DNA of 64,000 bases, from positions 147 through 64,146 of the forward strand of contig JBAUYT010000090.1 in NCBI GenBank assembly GCA_049584935.1, given 5' to 3'. Shown piece after piece: positions 44,862 to 55,421 of the stretch. The position numbers and the translations under genes are program-made. The notes under the pieces were generated by a model, which was not told the DNA's origin, did not search any database, and saw only the letters and a list, made by a program, of their open reading frames with translations. Source of the stretch: Steroidobacteraceae bacterium (GTDB taxonomy: Bacteria; Pseudomonadota; Gammaproteobacteria; Steroidobacterales; Steroidobacteraceae). Numbering within the stretch: position 1 is the stretch's first letter; each line of letters begins with the position of its first letter.

Positions 44862-46245
44862 TCGAACCAATGATCGACTGCGGCACCCGGAATTTCGCGG
44901 CCGCATAGGCGTCGCCAGGGCCGAGATCACCCCACCGATTGGCATCTATTCCCGCACCTGGGGCAGCGCCAGGCACGATCAGGCGGAGGGCATTCATCGC
45001 CCGCTACTGGCCACCTGCCTCAGGTTTCAAGACGCCCGCGGCGGCGACGAACTGATCCTGATAACGCTCGATGTCATGATTTTCTGGCAGGAAGAAGCCG
45101 ATCGGATCCGCGCAGCCATTCTCCAGCAGCGAGGCCTCAAGCCTCATCAGCTGATCCTGCACCCCTCCCACTCGCACGGCACGCCGTTCTACCTGCGCCG
45201 GCAAATGGACCGCCCGGGCGGAGATCTGATTGCGCCGTACCTGGCATCGATACCGGCGCGCTGCTGCTCGCTCATAGATGAAGCCCGGAAATCTGCGCGC
45301 GATGCCATCCTCACCTGGGCTTACGGCCGTTGTGGCCTGGCATTCAATCGCGATGCCATCGATCCGGCGAGCGGTCGGGACGTCTGCGGTCTCAATTTGG
45401 CGGTAGCAGCGGATAGCACCGTGCTGGTTGGACGCATTGCGGCCCCCGACGGCACGGTGCACGCAACCATCGTCAACTACGCCTGCCACCCGGTCTCGCT
45501 CGGTGGCGGCAATCGTCTGCTCTCGCCGGACTACATCGGCGCCATGCGCGAAGTCGTGGAACAACAGACCGGGGGTGCCATCTGCGTCTTCTTTCAGGGG
45601 GCCGCCGGGGATGTCACCCCTCGACGTAGCTACGAGTCGGATGTTGAGGCTGCCGATCAAAATGGGCGCGAGCTCGGCTACGCGGCGCTCTCGACGCTGA
45701 CGGCCATGTTCCCCCCCGGCCAGCAGCTCGTATACCAGGGAATCGAGGAATCCGGGACGGCCCTCGGCATCTGGCGTCTTCGGCCCAAAGACCGTGTGAG
45801 CACGCAGCTTTCAGCCGAGCGCATCACAGCGCGGCTCCCCATACGGGAAATGCCGGAGCGCCAGGAACTCGAACAGCAACTCGCGCAGAGCCACGATCGG
45901 GTGGAGATGGAGCGTCTGGAGCGGGCGCTCGATCGGCGCAAGCTCGTGGGCGATGGCAAGGAAGGGGACTTATCCTGTACCGTCTGGCGCCTCGGGGAAT
46001 CGTTCCTGGTCGCGACGCCGGCCGAACCGTACACGCAGTTCCAGATCGCGCTGCGACAGCAGTTTCCGGACGCGGCCGTGGCCGTGCTAATGGCCTCTGA
46101 CGGCGCCAAGAACTACCTGCCTCTACCCGCGGCCTTCCAGCGCGATGTCTATCAGGTGCGGGTATCTCTTTATGAGGCTGGCGCGCTCGAGCGGGTCACC
46201 GCACAGGTCGCGCAAGTGATTGAGGCTTCGCGTTTGACCGCTTGA
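44854..46245 (+). CDS. Ceramidase_alk-like hydrolase paralog P5
   Basis: Contains IGVARAEITPPIGI, HPSHSHGTP, NYACHPVSLGGGNRLLSPDYIGAMRE and FFQGAAGDVTPRRSY. ATG 44854 follows GGAGAG and overlaps the hyuB stop by 8 nt. Confidence 0.6.
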   Translation: MADRTNDRLRHPEFRGRIGVARAEITPPIGIYSRTWGSARHDQAEGIHRPLLATCLRFQDARGGDELILITLDVMIFWQEEADRIRAAILQQRGLKPHQLILHPSHSHGTPFYLRRQMDRPGGDLIAPYLASIPARCCSLIDEARKSARDAILTWAYGRCGLAFNRDAIDPASGRDVCGLNLAVAADSTVLVGRIAAPDGTVHATIVNYACHPVSLGGGNRLLSPDYIGAMREVVEQQTGGAICVFFQGAAGDVTPRRSYESDVEAADQNGRELGYAALSTLTAMFPPGQQLVYQGIEESGTALGIWRLRPKDRVSTQLSAERITARLPIREMPERQELEQQLAQSHDRVEMERLERALDRRKLVGDGKEGDLSCTVWRLGESFLVATPAEPYTQFQIALRQQFPDAAVAVLMASDGAKNYLPLPAAFQRDVYQVRVSLYEAGALERVTAQVAQVIEASRLTA

Positions 46246-46284
46246 TTGCAGAGGGGCCGGCAACCAGGGCGCTCGGGAGACGCT

Positions 46285-47025
46285 GTGCAGAAGGTGGCGG
46301 TCGTGACCGGAGCCGGCTCGGGCATCGGGCGCGCGGTGGCGATCGCGCTTGCTGCAGCCGGCTTTCGCCTGGTGCTGACGGGACGCCGCCGGGCACCGCT
46401 CGAGGAAACCTCGCAGCAAGTGGGTGCTGCCGCCCTCGTCCTGCCCGCAGATGTCACCCATGCGGACGCAGTGGCAGAGCTCTTTGCCCAGGTGCGAGAG
46501 CACTATGGGCGCATCGATCTGCTCTTCAACAACGCCGGTATACCAGCGGCGCCAGTCCCCTTTGAGGAACTGAGCGCGCAGCAATGGCGTGCGGTCATTG
46601 AGACGAATCTCACGGGCGCCTTTTTGTGCGCGCAAGCCGCCTTCCGGCTCATGCAGGCTCAGCGGCCGCAGGGTGGGCGAATCATCAACAACGGCTCGGT
46701 CTCGGCGGCTGTGCCCCGTCCGCACTCCGCCCCCTATACCGCCTCCAAACATGCCATCGCCGGCCTCACCAAGTCGATCTCACTGGATGGGCGTGCCTAC
46801 GACATCGCCTGTGGGCAGATTGATATTGGCAACGCCGCGACTTCAATGGCCAGCGCAATGCAGGCTGGAATCCAACAAGCCGACGGCTCGTTGCGCACCG
46901 AACCCACGTTTGACACCAAGTACGTAGCGGAGGCGGTCGTGTACATGGCTTCGCTGCCACTGGACGCCAATGTGCAGTCCCTGACCGTACTTGCTACCAA
47001 GATGCCGTTCGTCGGCCGCGGGTAG
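46285..47025 (+). CDS. Short-chain dehydrogenase/reductase (SDR)
   Basis: Contains [16 protein letters not shown] and [11 protein letters not shown] 46285 follows GGGAGA. The TTG at 46246 is less likely. Confidence 0.85.
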   Translation: MQKVAVVTGAGSGIGRAVAIALAAAGFRLVLTGRRRAPLEETSQQVGAAALVLPADVTHADAVAELFAQVREHYGRIDLLFNNAGIPAAPVPFEELSAQQWRAVIETNLTGAFLCAQAAFRLMQAQRPQGGRIINNGSVSAAVPRPHSAPYTASKHAIAGLTKSISLDGRAYDIACGQIDIGNAATSMASAMQAGIQQADGSLRTEPTFDTKYVAEAVVYMASLPLDANVQSLTVLATKMPFVGRG

Positions 47026-47033
47026 CGTCCAAG

Positions 47034-48626
47034 CTAGGAGACTACCGCGCCGCTGCTCTGGCGTCGCAGCACTCGGCCACCAGAGCGTTGGGTGCGTAGG
47101 CCTCCATCCAGCGTCAGCACGCCATTGACCAGTACGTGGCGCATGCCGGTGGCGAGCTGGTTGGGCTCAAAGGTGGTGGCCTGATCGCCAAATTGATCCG
47201 GATCGAACACGGCGATATCCGCGTAAGCACCCACCTGGAGGGCGCCACGATCGGCGAGCCCCAGGACAGCTGCCGGTGCCGCGGTGAGGCGGTTGACCGC
47301 CTCCTCCGGGCGCAATAGCTTCCAATCTCGCACCAATCGGCGCCAAAACCAGGCGGCCCAGGAATAGGCACCATGAAACACACTGCCGGCCAACGGACCA
47401 TCGGGCGCCAGCGTGGTGGCATCGGAGGCCGGCATGCACAGCGGATGCGCAAATGCCAGCTGCTGCGAGTACTCACTGTAGGCATGCAGGATCACCATGG
47501 GACGATGCAGCGAATCGGCCTCATCGGCAAGGATATCGAGCGCGCAGTCGTGCGGATCGCAACCGCGACGGCGGCCTATCTCCGCCAATGTCAGGCGTGA
47601 AACATCCGACCGGCCGGGCAGATCGAGCAGCTGAACCTGCTCCCAATTGCGCAGGCTCGCGATCAGACTGTTGAAGCCTCGGATGCGCGCGCGCGCCGCG
47701 GGGTCCGCCAGATGGTGGCGCAGCCCCGCAGGTCCTGCCTGCAGGCACCAGGGCGGCAGCAACGTGCTGAGCATGGTCGTGCCATAGAGGCGCGTGTGCA
47801 TGTCGAACGCAATTGCCTGGCCCGCATCGGCGGCCGCCTCCACCAGCTCCAGACAGCGTCGACACTCCTGGTCGCCTGAGCGGGGCATCAAATGGCTGAC
47901 CTGCAGCCGCACCTCTGCGGTGCGCGCAATCTGAATGACTTCCTCGACCGCTGCCGGGGCGCCTTCGGCGCGATTGCGCGTGTGCGTCGCGAAGAGTCCC
48001 CCCGCAGTGCCCGTCTCGCGCGCAAGCGCCAGGAGCTCAGCCCGGGCGCAGCCGATTTCCGCCGGGTATTCGAGCCCGACCGAGAAACCCATCGCGCCCT
48101 CTGCCAGCCCCTCGCGCAGCCTCGAGCGCATTTGCGCAATCTCGGCATCGCTCGCCGCCCGATCGGCTAGCCCGACGCTGCCCAGGCGCAGTTGCCCATT
48201 CGGCACCAGTGTCATGACATTGACCGCCGGGGCCGCCGCCGCCAGCTTCGCAAGGTACTCACCGACGCTGCGCCAATCGAGCGGCACACTGGCATCGAAT
48301 CCGTAGATCGCACCCGCCGCGAGCCTGGGGTCACCTAGCGGTCCGCAGCCAAAGCCGCAATTGCCGATCACCTCGGTGGTGACCCCTTGGGCAATAGCGC
48401 TCGCGGCGCGCGGGTCCACCAGCAGCGTATAGTCGGAATGGCTGTGAATATCGATGAAACCCGGCGCCACGGCAAGACCGAGGGCATTGATTTCAGCCGC
48501 GGCCGTACCCTGTACCGCACCGACTTCGACGATGCGTGCATCGGCAATGGCAATATCGACCTGCCTGGGTGCAGCACCAGAGCCGTCGTAGACGGTCCCG
48601 CCTCGAATGATGAGATCAAATGCCAT
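47034..48626 (-). CDS. N-acyl-D-amino-acid deacylase (D-aminoacylase) family amidohydrolase
   Basis: MAFDLIIRGGTVYDGSG...APGFIDIHSHSDYTLL...EVIGNCG is the typical D-aminoacylase N-terminus. Size is about 530 aa. Confidence 0.85.
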   Translation of the reverse strand: MAFDLIIRGGTVYDGSGAAPRQVDIAIADARIVEVGAVQGTAAAEINALGLAVAPGFIDIHSHSDYTLLVDPRAASAIAQGVTTEVIGNCGFGCGPLGDPRLAAGAIYGFDASVPLDWRSVGEYLAKLAAAAPAVNVMTLVPNGQLRLGSVGLADRAASDAEIAQMRSRLREGLAEGAMGFSVGLEYPAEIGCARAELLALARETGTAGGLFATHTRNRAEGAPAAVEEVIQIARTAEVRLQVSHLMPRSGDQECRRCLELVEAAADAGQAIAFDMHTRLYGTTMLSTLLPPWCLQAGPAGLRHHLADPAARARIRGFNSLIASLRNWEQVQLLDLPGRSDVSRLTLAEIGRRRGCDPHDCALDILADEADSLHRPMVILHAYSEYSQQLAFAHPLCMPASDATTLAPDGPLAGSVFHGAYSWAAWFWRRLVRDWKLLRPEEAVNRLTAAPAAVLGLADRGALQVGAYADIAVFDPDQFGDQATTFEPNQLATGMRHVLVNGVLTLDGGLRTQRSGGRVLRRQSSGAVVS

Positions 48627-48746
48627 GAAGGCGTTCAGTAGCCAACGTCGGCGGGCAACATGCGGGAGAGTGTACGACTTCTGTAACGCCGCGATGCATC
48701 CATGGGATAGCGTCGAGCAACGTGCCAGCGGTCATCGGCGTGGCGC

Positions 48747-49553
48747 TCAGCGCCGTCGAGGCGCCTTCGTTGGCTGCGAACCGATACCCCACTCGCGTGC
48801 CCATGCCAGTGATGCGAGCGTGGTCGAGCTGGGGAAGTATTCGCATCCGACCCAGCCGTCGTACCCGAGGCGATCGAGCAGTGTGAAGAGGTACGGATAG
48901 TGAATTTCTCCGGTGCCCGGTTCATGCCTTCCGGGGGCGTTGGAGAATTGCACATGGTCGTATCGGCCCAACAGACGCCTGGCATGGCCGCCGAGATCGC
49001 CCTCGCTCATGTAGCAATGGTAGAGATCGAGCTGCAGTCGGACATTGGGGTGACCGACGCGATCGAGAATAGTGAGCGCGGAGTCCGTGTTTGCGAGCAG
49101 ATAGCCGGGGACATCCTGAGGGTTCAGCGGCTCGAGTAACAGCGAGATGCCGCTCGCGGCCGCAAGCCGCGCAGCTCGTTTGAGATTGGCGATTAGGACC
49201 GCTTCCATCGCGTCCCGATTCATGGCGCCGACATGGCCGCAGACCACGCGGATGCGCGGACACTCCAGCACGCGCGCATAGTCGAGCGCTGTTTCGAAGG
49301 TGCGCCAGAAATCCAGCTCGCGCCCCGGGAGCGCAGCGAGGCCTCGGTCGCCGGGGCGCGTGCCGAGCGGAGAATTGAAAAGCACCAGCTGCAATTGATG
49401 CAGCTGCAACTGCTCTGCAATCAGGGGTGCCCTCTCTGAAAATGGATCCTGCATTTCAACCGCCTCAAAGCCTGCGGCCGCCGCAGCACCGAAGCGCTGA
49501 AGCAAAGGCAGTTCGGTAAAGAGGGTGCTCAGATTGGCCGCAAAACGGGGCAT
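48747..49553 (-). CDS. hyi: Hydroxypyruvate isomerase-like TIM-barrel protein
   Basis: MPRFAANLSTLFTELPLLQRFGAAAAAGFEAVE closely follows the Hyi N-terminal pattern (RF.ANLS.LF.E..F..RF..AA..GF..VE). It has the xylose-isomerase-like TIM barrel length. Confidence 0.7.
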   Translation of the reverse strand: MPRFAANLSTLFTELPLLQRFGAAAAAGFEAVEMQDPFSERAPLIAEQLQLHQLQLVLFNSPLGTRPGDRGLAALPGRELDFWRTFETALDYARVLECPRIRVVCGHVGAMNRDAMEAVLIANLKRAARLAAASGISLLLEPLNPQDVPGYLLANTDSALTILDRVGHPNVRLQLDLYHCYMSEGDLGGHARRLLGRYDHVQFSNAPGRHEPGTGEIHYPYLFTLLDRLGYDGWVGCEYFPSSTTLASLAWAREWGIGSQPTKAPRRR

Positions 49554-49732
49554 GGTGTGGTTTGGGCGTTCCGGTGAGTGGGGAGGCGAGAGCCCTGCGA
49601 ATAGTACGCCGCAGGATCAGAGCCCCCAAACACCCGGGTGGCTCGGCGACTACTGGCCTGCCTACAGCACGGGCGCTACCATGCCGCAAAGCGGGCGCCG
49701 ACGAAGCCGCTGCACTAGCGAGGTCCGCAACG

Positions 49733-50614
49733 ATGACTTCTCCTGGCTCCGTTAACGCAGGCGCAGCGACCTCCGACGCCCTGCTCGACATCTCCCACCT
49801 GCAGCACGTGCCGCGTCGCTACTGGGGGCGCTACACCGCTGCCGTAGTGATCGTTACCGCGCTGGCGCTGCTGGTCATCGCCTTCGCGCGTGGCCAGATC
49901 GAATGGCACTCCGTCGGCCACTTCCTCACCGCACAGGCGATCCTGGAAGGCCTGCTGAATACGATCCTGATGAGCGTACTGGCCATGGCGCTCGGGATCG
50001 CCCTTGGGGTCGTGACCGCCGTCATGCGCCTGTCGGCCAACCCGGTGCTGAGCTGGAGTGCGCGCGGCTACACCTGGCTGTTCCGCGGCACACCGGTCAT
50101 TCTGCAGCTGCTGCTCTGGTTCAACCTGGCACTGGTGTTTCCGACGCTGGGCATTCCGGGCGTCTATACCACGCGCACGGTCGATGTCATGACCCCGTTC
50201 CTGGCGGCGTTGCTCGGCCTCGGCATCAATCAGGGTGCCTACACCTCGGAGGTCGTGCGCGCGGGACTGTTGTCGGTCGACGTCGGCCAGTACGAGGCCG
50301 CACAGTCCATCGGCATGCCGCGGCTGCTGGCGCTGAGGCGCATCATCCTGCCGCAGGCCATGCGCGTGATCATCCCGCCGGTGGGCAACGAATTCGTCGG
50401 CATGATCAAGCTCACCTCGCTTGCGAGCGTGATCCAGTACGCCGAGATGCTGCACAATGCCGAGAACATCTACTATGCGAACGCCCGCGTCATCGAGCTG
50501 CTGATCGTCGCCGGCATCTGGTATCTGGTGGTGGTCACGATATTCTCGCTGCTGCAGTCGCGCCTCGAAGCGCTGTTCGCGCGCGGCACCGGACGCGCCG
50601 GCGCGCAGCGCTGA
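49733..50614 (+). CDS. Polar amino acid ABC transporter permease
   Basis: Contains the EAA-like loop in [39 protein letters not shown] 49733 is preferred over the 49562 extension. Confidence 0.85.
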   Translation: MTSPGSVNAGAATSDALLDISHLQHVPRRYWGRYTAAVVIVTALALLVIAFARGQIEWHSVGHFLTAQAILEGLLNTILMSVLAMALGIALGVVTAVMRLSANPVLSWSARGYTWLFRGTPVILQLLLWFNLALVFPTLGIPGVYTTRTVDVMTPFLAALLGLGINQGAYTSEVVRAGLLSVDVGQYEAAQSIGMPRLLALRRIILPQAMRVIIPPVGNEFVGMIKLTSLASVIQYAEMLHNAENIYYANARVIELLIVAGIWYLVVVTIFSLLQSRLEALFARGTGRAGAQR

Positions 50615-50619
50615 TCGCC

Positions 50620-51384
<765 letters not shown>

Positions 51385-51392
51385 GATCCGAC

Positions 51393-52235
51393 ATGCCCGG
51401 CTACACTCTCCCCACCCTCCTGCCGGTCGCCGTGCTGCTGGCGCTTGGCTCCGCGCTGCCGGGGGCGCCGGTGCTCGCCGCCGGCGAGCCGATCGTTGCG
51501 GCCGTCGTGCCGAATTACCCGCCGCTCGAGTTCAAGGATCCGGCCACGGCCAAGCTCACCGGCTTCGACATCGAGTTGGGAGAGGCCCTCGCGGCCCGCG
51601 CGGGCACCAGCATCCGCTGGCAGGAGACCAGCTTCGATCAGATGATGAGCGCGCTTGCCACCGGTCGCGTCAGCCTCATCATCTCGGGGATGAGCGATTC
51701 GCCGGAGCGTCGCGCCTCGGTCCACTTCCTCGACTATCTGAAGACCGGCCCCCAGTTCTATGCGCTCAGGGACCGCGCGGCCGCCCTTGGCGACATGGCG
51801 GCGCTCTGCGGCAAACGCGTGGGCGCCAGTCGCCGCACCACCTTCCCCGCCGAGATCTCGCAGTGGAGTGATGTCAACTGCATCAAACAGGGTAAGCCCG
51901 CCGTCATCGTCATGGGCACCGACGGCTCGGCCGATGCCCGGATGCAACTGCGCCAGGGCCGGGTCGATGCCGCGGTCCAGGGGGCGGAGACGCTGGGCTA
52001 CCTGATGGGCCAGGAGCCCAACGCCTATGGGACTATCGGCAAGGTGTTCGGCGCTCAGTACCAGGGCATTGCGATCGATCGCCGCAACGATGCCATGCTG
52101 CGGCAGATGGGGGACGCCATGGGCGCTCTGATCGCCGACGGCACCTACGCCAAGATAGCGGACAAATGGGGGCTGGGCGAATTCACCGTGCAGCAGGTAC
52201 TGATCGACGGCGCCCCCAGGGCCCCGTCGCGGTGA
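51393..52235 (+). CDS. Amino acid ABC transporter periplasmic substrate-binding protein (SBP-1)
   Basis: Has a signal peptide, then PNYPPLEFKD...GFDIELGEALA...ISGMSD, a family-3 SBP pattern. Paralogous to 55422..56267. Confidence 0.85.
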   Translation: MPGYTLPTLLPVAVLLALGSALPGAPVLAAGEPIVAAVVPNYPPLEFKDPATAKLTGFDIELGEALAARAGTSIRWQETSFDQMMSALATGRVSLIISGMSDSPERRASVHFLDYLKTGPQFYALRDRAAALGDMAALCGKRVGASRRTTFPAEISQWSDVNCIKQGKPAVIVMGTDGSADARMQLRQGRVDAAVQGAETLGYLMGQEPNAYGTIGKVFGAQYQGIAIDRRNDAMLRQMGDAMGALIADGTYAKIADKWGLGEFTVQQVLIDGAPRAPSR

Positions 52236-53104
52236 GCGCCCCGTCGGCTTCGGCCGCAACCGCCCGCTGGCCCGATGGTCTGCGCTCCTGCGTCATGCTG
52301 GCCTTCGATGTGGATGGTCCCACGGGCGATGCAATGCTCGACGGCTCGATCTGGCGCAATCCAGCCTACTTCACGCTGGGTGCTTACGGTCCCTGGCGAG
52401 CTCTCGGTTATCTGCTCGATCTCCTGCAGGAGTACCGGGTGCCGACCACCTTCTTCGTTCCGGCCTGGGTGATCGAGCATTGGCCGGCGCAATGCCGCGC
52501 CATCCTCGAGCGCGGCCATGAGGTGGGCTATCACGGCTACCGCCACGAGGCCTTCTGGCAGCTGACCCGGCAGCAGCAGAGCGCGGTCATGGCTCGTTCG
52601 CTGGCGCTGTTTCGCCAGCACCTGGGTGTGGATCCAGTCGGCTTCCGCACGCCCTCCGGTGACTGGGGGCCCGACACGATCGAAGTCCTGCTCGATGCCG
52701 GCGTTCAGTACTCGAGCTCGATGCGCGGCGATGACCGTCCCTACCTGATCGCCTCGCCCGCCAGCGGCCGCAGTCTCATCGAGATTCCCGGCCGCTGGGA
52801 ACTCGATGACTATGCCAGCCTCGCCTATCATCGCAATCCCGACTTCCCCGCAGGTCTCGATCGGATCGCGAGCTACGCCAGCACGCTCGACAACTGGCAA
52901 CGCGAATTCGACGGCTCGCATCGCGATGGCCTGTGCCTCACCACGATCTTTCATCCCAAAGTGTGCGGCAAGCCGGGGCGTCTGCTGCTGCTGGAGCAAT
53001 GGCTCCGGCACATGCGCCAGCAGTCCGGCGTCTGGTTTGCCACTGGCCACCAGGTGGCCGACTGGTGGCGGAGCCGCCATGCCTCGCGCATTGACGTGAC
53101 ATGA
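52232..53104 (+). CDS. Polysaccharide deacetylase (NodB-homology/CE4-like) family protein 1
   Basis: Contains MLAFDVDG, TFFVPAWV, GHEVGYHGYRHE and FRTPSGDW blocks. The GTG start overlaps the upstream stop (GTGA). Confidence 0.75.
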   Translation: MSAPSASAATARWPDGLRSCVMLAFDVDGPTGDAMLDGSIWRNPAYFTLGAYGPWRALGYLLDLLQEYRVPTTFFVPAWVIEHWPAQCRAILERGHEVGYHGYRHEAFWQLTRQQQSAVMARSLALFRQHLGVDPVGFRTPSGDWGPDTIEVLLDAGVQYSSSMRGDDRPYLIASPASGRSLIEIPGRWELDDYASLAYHRNPDFPAGLDRIASYASTLDNWQREFDGSHRDGLCLTTIFHPKVCGKPGRLLLLEQWLRHMRQQSGVWFATGHQVADWWRSRHASRIDVT

Positions 53105-54003
53105 CAACGATGCCGCACTGGCCTGCCGGGAAGCGCATGGCGCTACTTGTGACGGTGGACTTCGCCGACATCCACGCCATCCTGGCCCAGGTGCCCGAGA
53201 TGGCGGGTCGCGAGAAGAGCCTGTCGGTGTGGGGCTATGGCGCCAGGCGCGGCGTCGATCGGCTACTGGGGCTGTTGGATGAATTCAGGATCGCCGCCAG
53301 CTGGCTCGTGGCCGGCCGCGTCGCGTGCGAGCATGCCGGACTCGTACAGCGCATCCATGCGGCCGGCCATGAGATCGGAAACCTGGGCGCTGCGGCCGAG
53401 GATTTCGGGCAGCTCACGCTCGGCGAGCAGAGCGCGAGTTTTGCGGAGGCACAGGACGCACTGATTGAGACCATCGGGGTCGCCCCGCGCGGCTTTCGCT
53501 CCTGCTTCGGCAACTGGGCGCCAGGATTCGATGAGGTACTGCGAGACTCTGGCGTTCGCTGGTCGTCCTCCTGGCGCGGCGATGATCGGCCGTACTGGCA
53601 TCCCGCCTCCCGTGCGGGTGCGCCGCCGCTGGTAGAACTGCCGCTGCACTACGAGCTCGAGGACGAGCCCTACTTCGCCTTCAACCTGTACCCGCCGGTG
53701 CCGGTCGGCCAGTCGCGGATCGCCCCGTATCGCGACGTGCTCGCCAACTGGCAGCAGGACCTGGCCGGTTTCCACCGGCTGGGCCTGTGCCTGCCGCTGC
53801 GTCTGCACCCGGAGATCATCGGCACCGCCGGGCGCATCGATCTGCTGCGCGAGCTTCTGCGCACGATAGTCGAGTTAGGGGACGTCTGGGTCGCCACCGG
53901 CAGTGAGCTCGCGACCTGGTGGAGCTCGCAGCGTCCGGCCAACGAGCCGGGGCATCCGGTGGATGTCTTTGCACAATTCCAGGTGGCCCCACGGCCCGAA
54001 TGA
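53101..54003 (+). CDS. Polysaccharide deacetylase family protein 2 (tandem paralog)
   Basis: Contains LLVTVDFAD, GHEIGNLG and FRSCFGNW. ATGA overlap with the previous gene. Confidence 0.7.
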   Translation: MTTMPHWPAGKRMALLVTVDFADIHAILAQVPEMAGREKSLSVWGYGARRGVDRLLGLLDEFRIAASWLVAGRVACEHAGLVQRIHAAGHEIGNLGAAAEDFGQLTLGEQSASFAEAQDALIETIGVAPRGFRSCFGNWAPGFDEVLRDSGVRWSSSWRGDDRPYWHPASRAGAPPLVELPLHYELEDEPYFAFNLYPPVPVGQSRIAPYRDVLANWQQDLAGFHRLGLCLPLRLHPEIIGTAGRIDLLRELLRTIVELGDVWVATGSELATWWSSQRPANEPGHPVDVFAQFQVAPRPE

Positions 54004-55400
54004 ACCACACCGCAACCGCAGCGGAGCGTTGGGCCCGCTTCAATGTCGGCACTCGCTTCGAGGATCTGCCAGCCGAGCTCATCGCGCGCGCCAAACGGCA
54101 CGTGCTCGACACCTTGGGCGCGGCCCTGGCCGGCAGCTCCGCCGAATCCGCCCGGCAGGTGGCGTCGGTACTCGAGTCCGATAGGGCTTCCAACGCGTTG
54201 CCCGCTCCCCTCTGGGGTACCGCGCGACGCCTGGGAGCGCGCGATGCGGCCTTCGCCAACGGCGTGGCCACCCACGCGCTCGAGCTGGATGACTCCGGGG
54301 GCTGCGATCATTCCGGCGCCGTGGTACTGCCGGCGGCCATAGCGGCGCTGTCGGCCGCGGATCACGAGGTCTCCGGACCTGAGTTCCTGATCGCCGTGGT
54401 GCTGGGCTATGACTTAGGTCGGCGTGTACTCGATGCCTGTGGCGGCTACTCGGCCCACAACGGCGCGGGCTGGCACTCCACCGGCACCTGCGGGAGCCTC
54501 GCCGCAGCGGCAGCCGCGGCACGCGTGCTGGGACTGACTGAATCGCAGACGCGCTCTGCCCTCGGCCATGCGGCCAGCTTCAGCGGCGGTCTCTGGGCCT
54601 TCATCCACGATGGATCGCAGACCAAGCGCCTGCATGCCGGCCGCGCCGCCGAAGGCGGCCTGACCGCCTGCCTGATGGCGCGCGCCGGCGTGACGGGACC
54701 GGCGCAGGTGTTCGAAGACGTCTGGGGCGGCTTCCTCAATGCCTTCGCGCCCACCTCCCGTCGACCCGAGGCGCTGCTGCAGGACTTAGGGGTTGTCTGG
54801 CAGCTCCTGCGCGCCTCGATCAAGCCGCATGCCGCCTGCCGCAGCACGCATGCGGCCATCGATGCGGTGCTGCATCTCATGAGCCAGGACGCATCGCTCG
54901 GCCAGCATGCCGAGCGCATCGAGGTCGCCGCCAGTCCCTTCCTGCTCGACATGTGCGGTGGCCGGAACTTGAGCACGCTGGCTGCCGCGCAGATGAGCCT
55001 GCCCTATGCGGTGGCGGTGGCGTGGGTGTTCGGCGACGCCGCGCTCGAACGCTATCTCGAGCCGGTGCGCGCCGACCCGCAGGTGGCGGCCGCTATGGCG
55101 CGCGTGATACTGCAGGTGGACCCAACCATGACGTCCGATGACGAGCCGCGGGTGACGATCCACGCCCGGGGACGAGCGCCGATGTCGCAGCAGCGTCCAG
55201 TGCCGCTCGGCGCACCGGATAATCCGCTCCCCGAACAGGCATTGATGCAGAAGTTCCAGGCGCTGGCGAGCATCGCGTTGCCACGCGAGCGCGCCGACAC
55301 CCTCGCGCGCTGCGTGCTCGAGCTTGATAGCATTGGGGACGCGCGCGCCATGCTGCCGCTACTCAGGGGACACGCCGAACGTCACGCCGCCCTTCGCTGA
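54000..55400 (+). CDS. MmgE/PrpD family protein
   Basis: The N-terminus ...RFEDLPAELIARAKRHVLDTLGAALAGS... and later HALELDD and KPHAACRSTH blocks are typical. ATGA overlap with the previous gene. Confidence 0.85.
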   Translation: MNHTATAAERWARFNVGTRFEDLPAELIARAKRHVLDTLGAALAGSSAESARQVASVLESDRASNALPAPLWGTARRLGARDAAFANGVATHALELDDSGGCDHSGAVVLPAAIAALSAADHEVSGPEFLIAVVLGYDLGRRVLDACGGYSAHNGAGWHSTGTCGSLAAAAAAARVLGLTESQTRSALGHAASFSGGLWAFIHDGSQTKRLHAGRAAEGGLTACLMARAGVTGPAQVFEDVWGGFLNAFAPTSRRPEALLQDLGVVWQLLRASIKPHAACRSTHAAIDAVLHLMSQDASLGQHAERIEVAASPFLLDMCGGRNLSTLAAAQMSLPYAVAVAWVFGDAALERYLEPVRADPQVAAAMARVILQVDPTMTSDDEPRVTIHARGRAPMSQQRPVPLGAPDNPLPEQALMQKFQALASIALPRERADTLARCVLELDSIGDARAMLPLLRGHAERHAALR

Positions 55401-55421
55401 ACCCGCCGGAACTTCCGCCAC

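Noticed and set aside
48682-48693. TGTAACGCCGCG upstream of the D-aminoacylase gene as a seventh class-A operator
   Set aside because: Only the left half-site matches and the right half has no dyad symmetry. TGTAACG half-sites also occur inside genes, for example near 37081.
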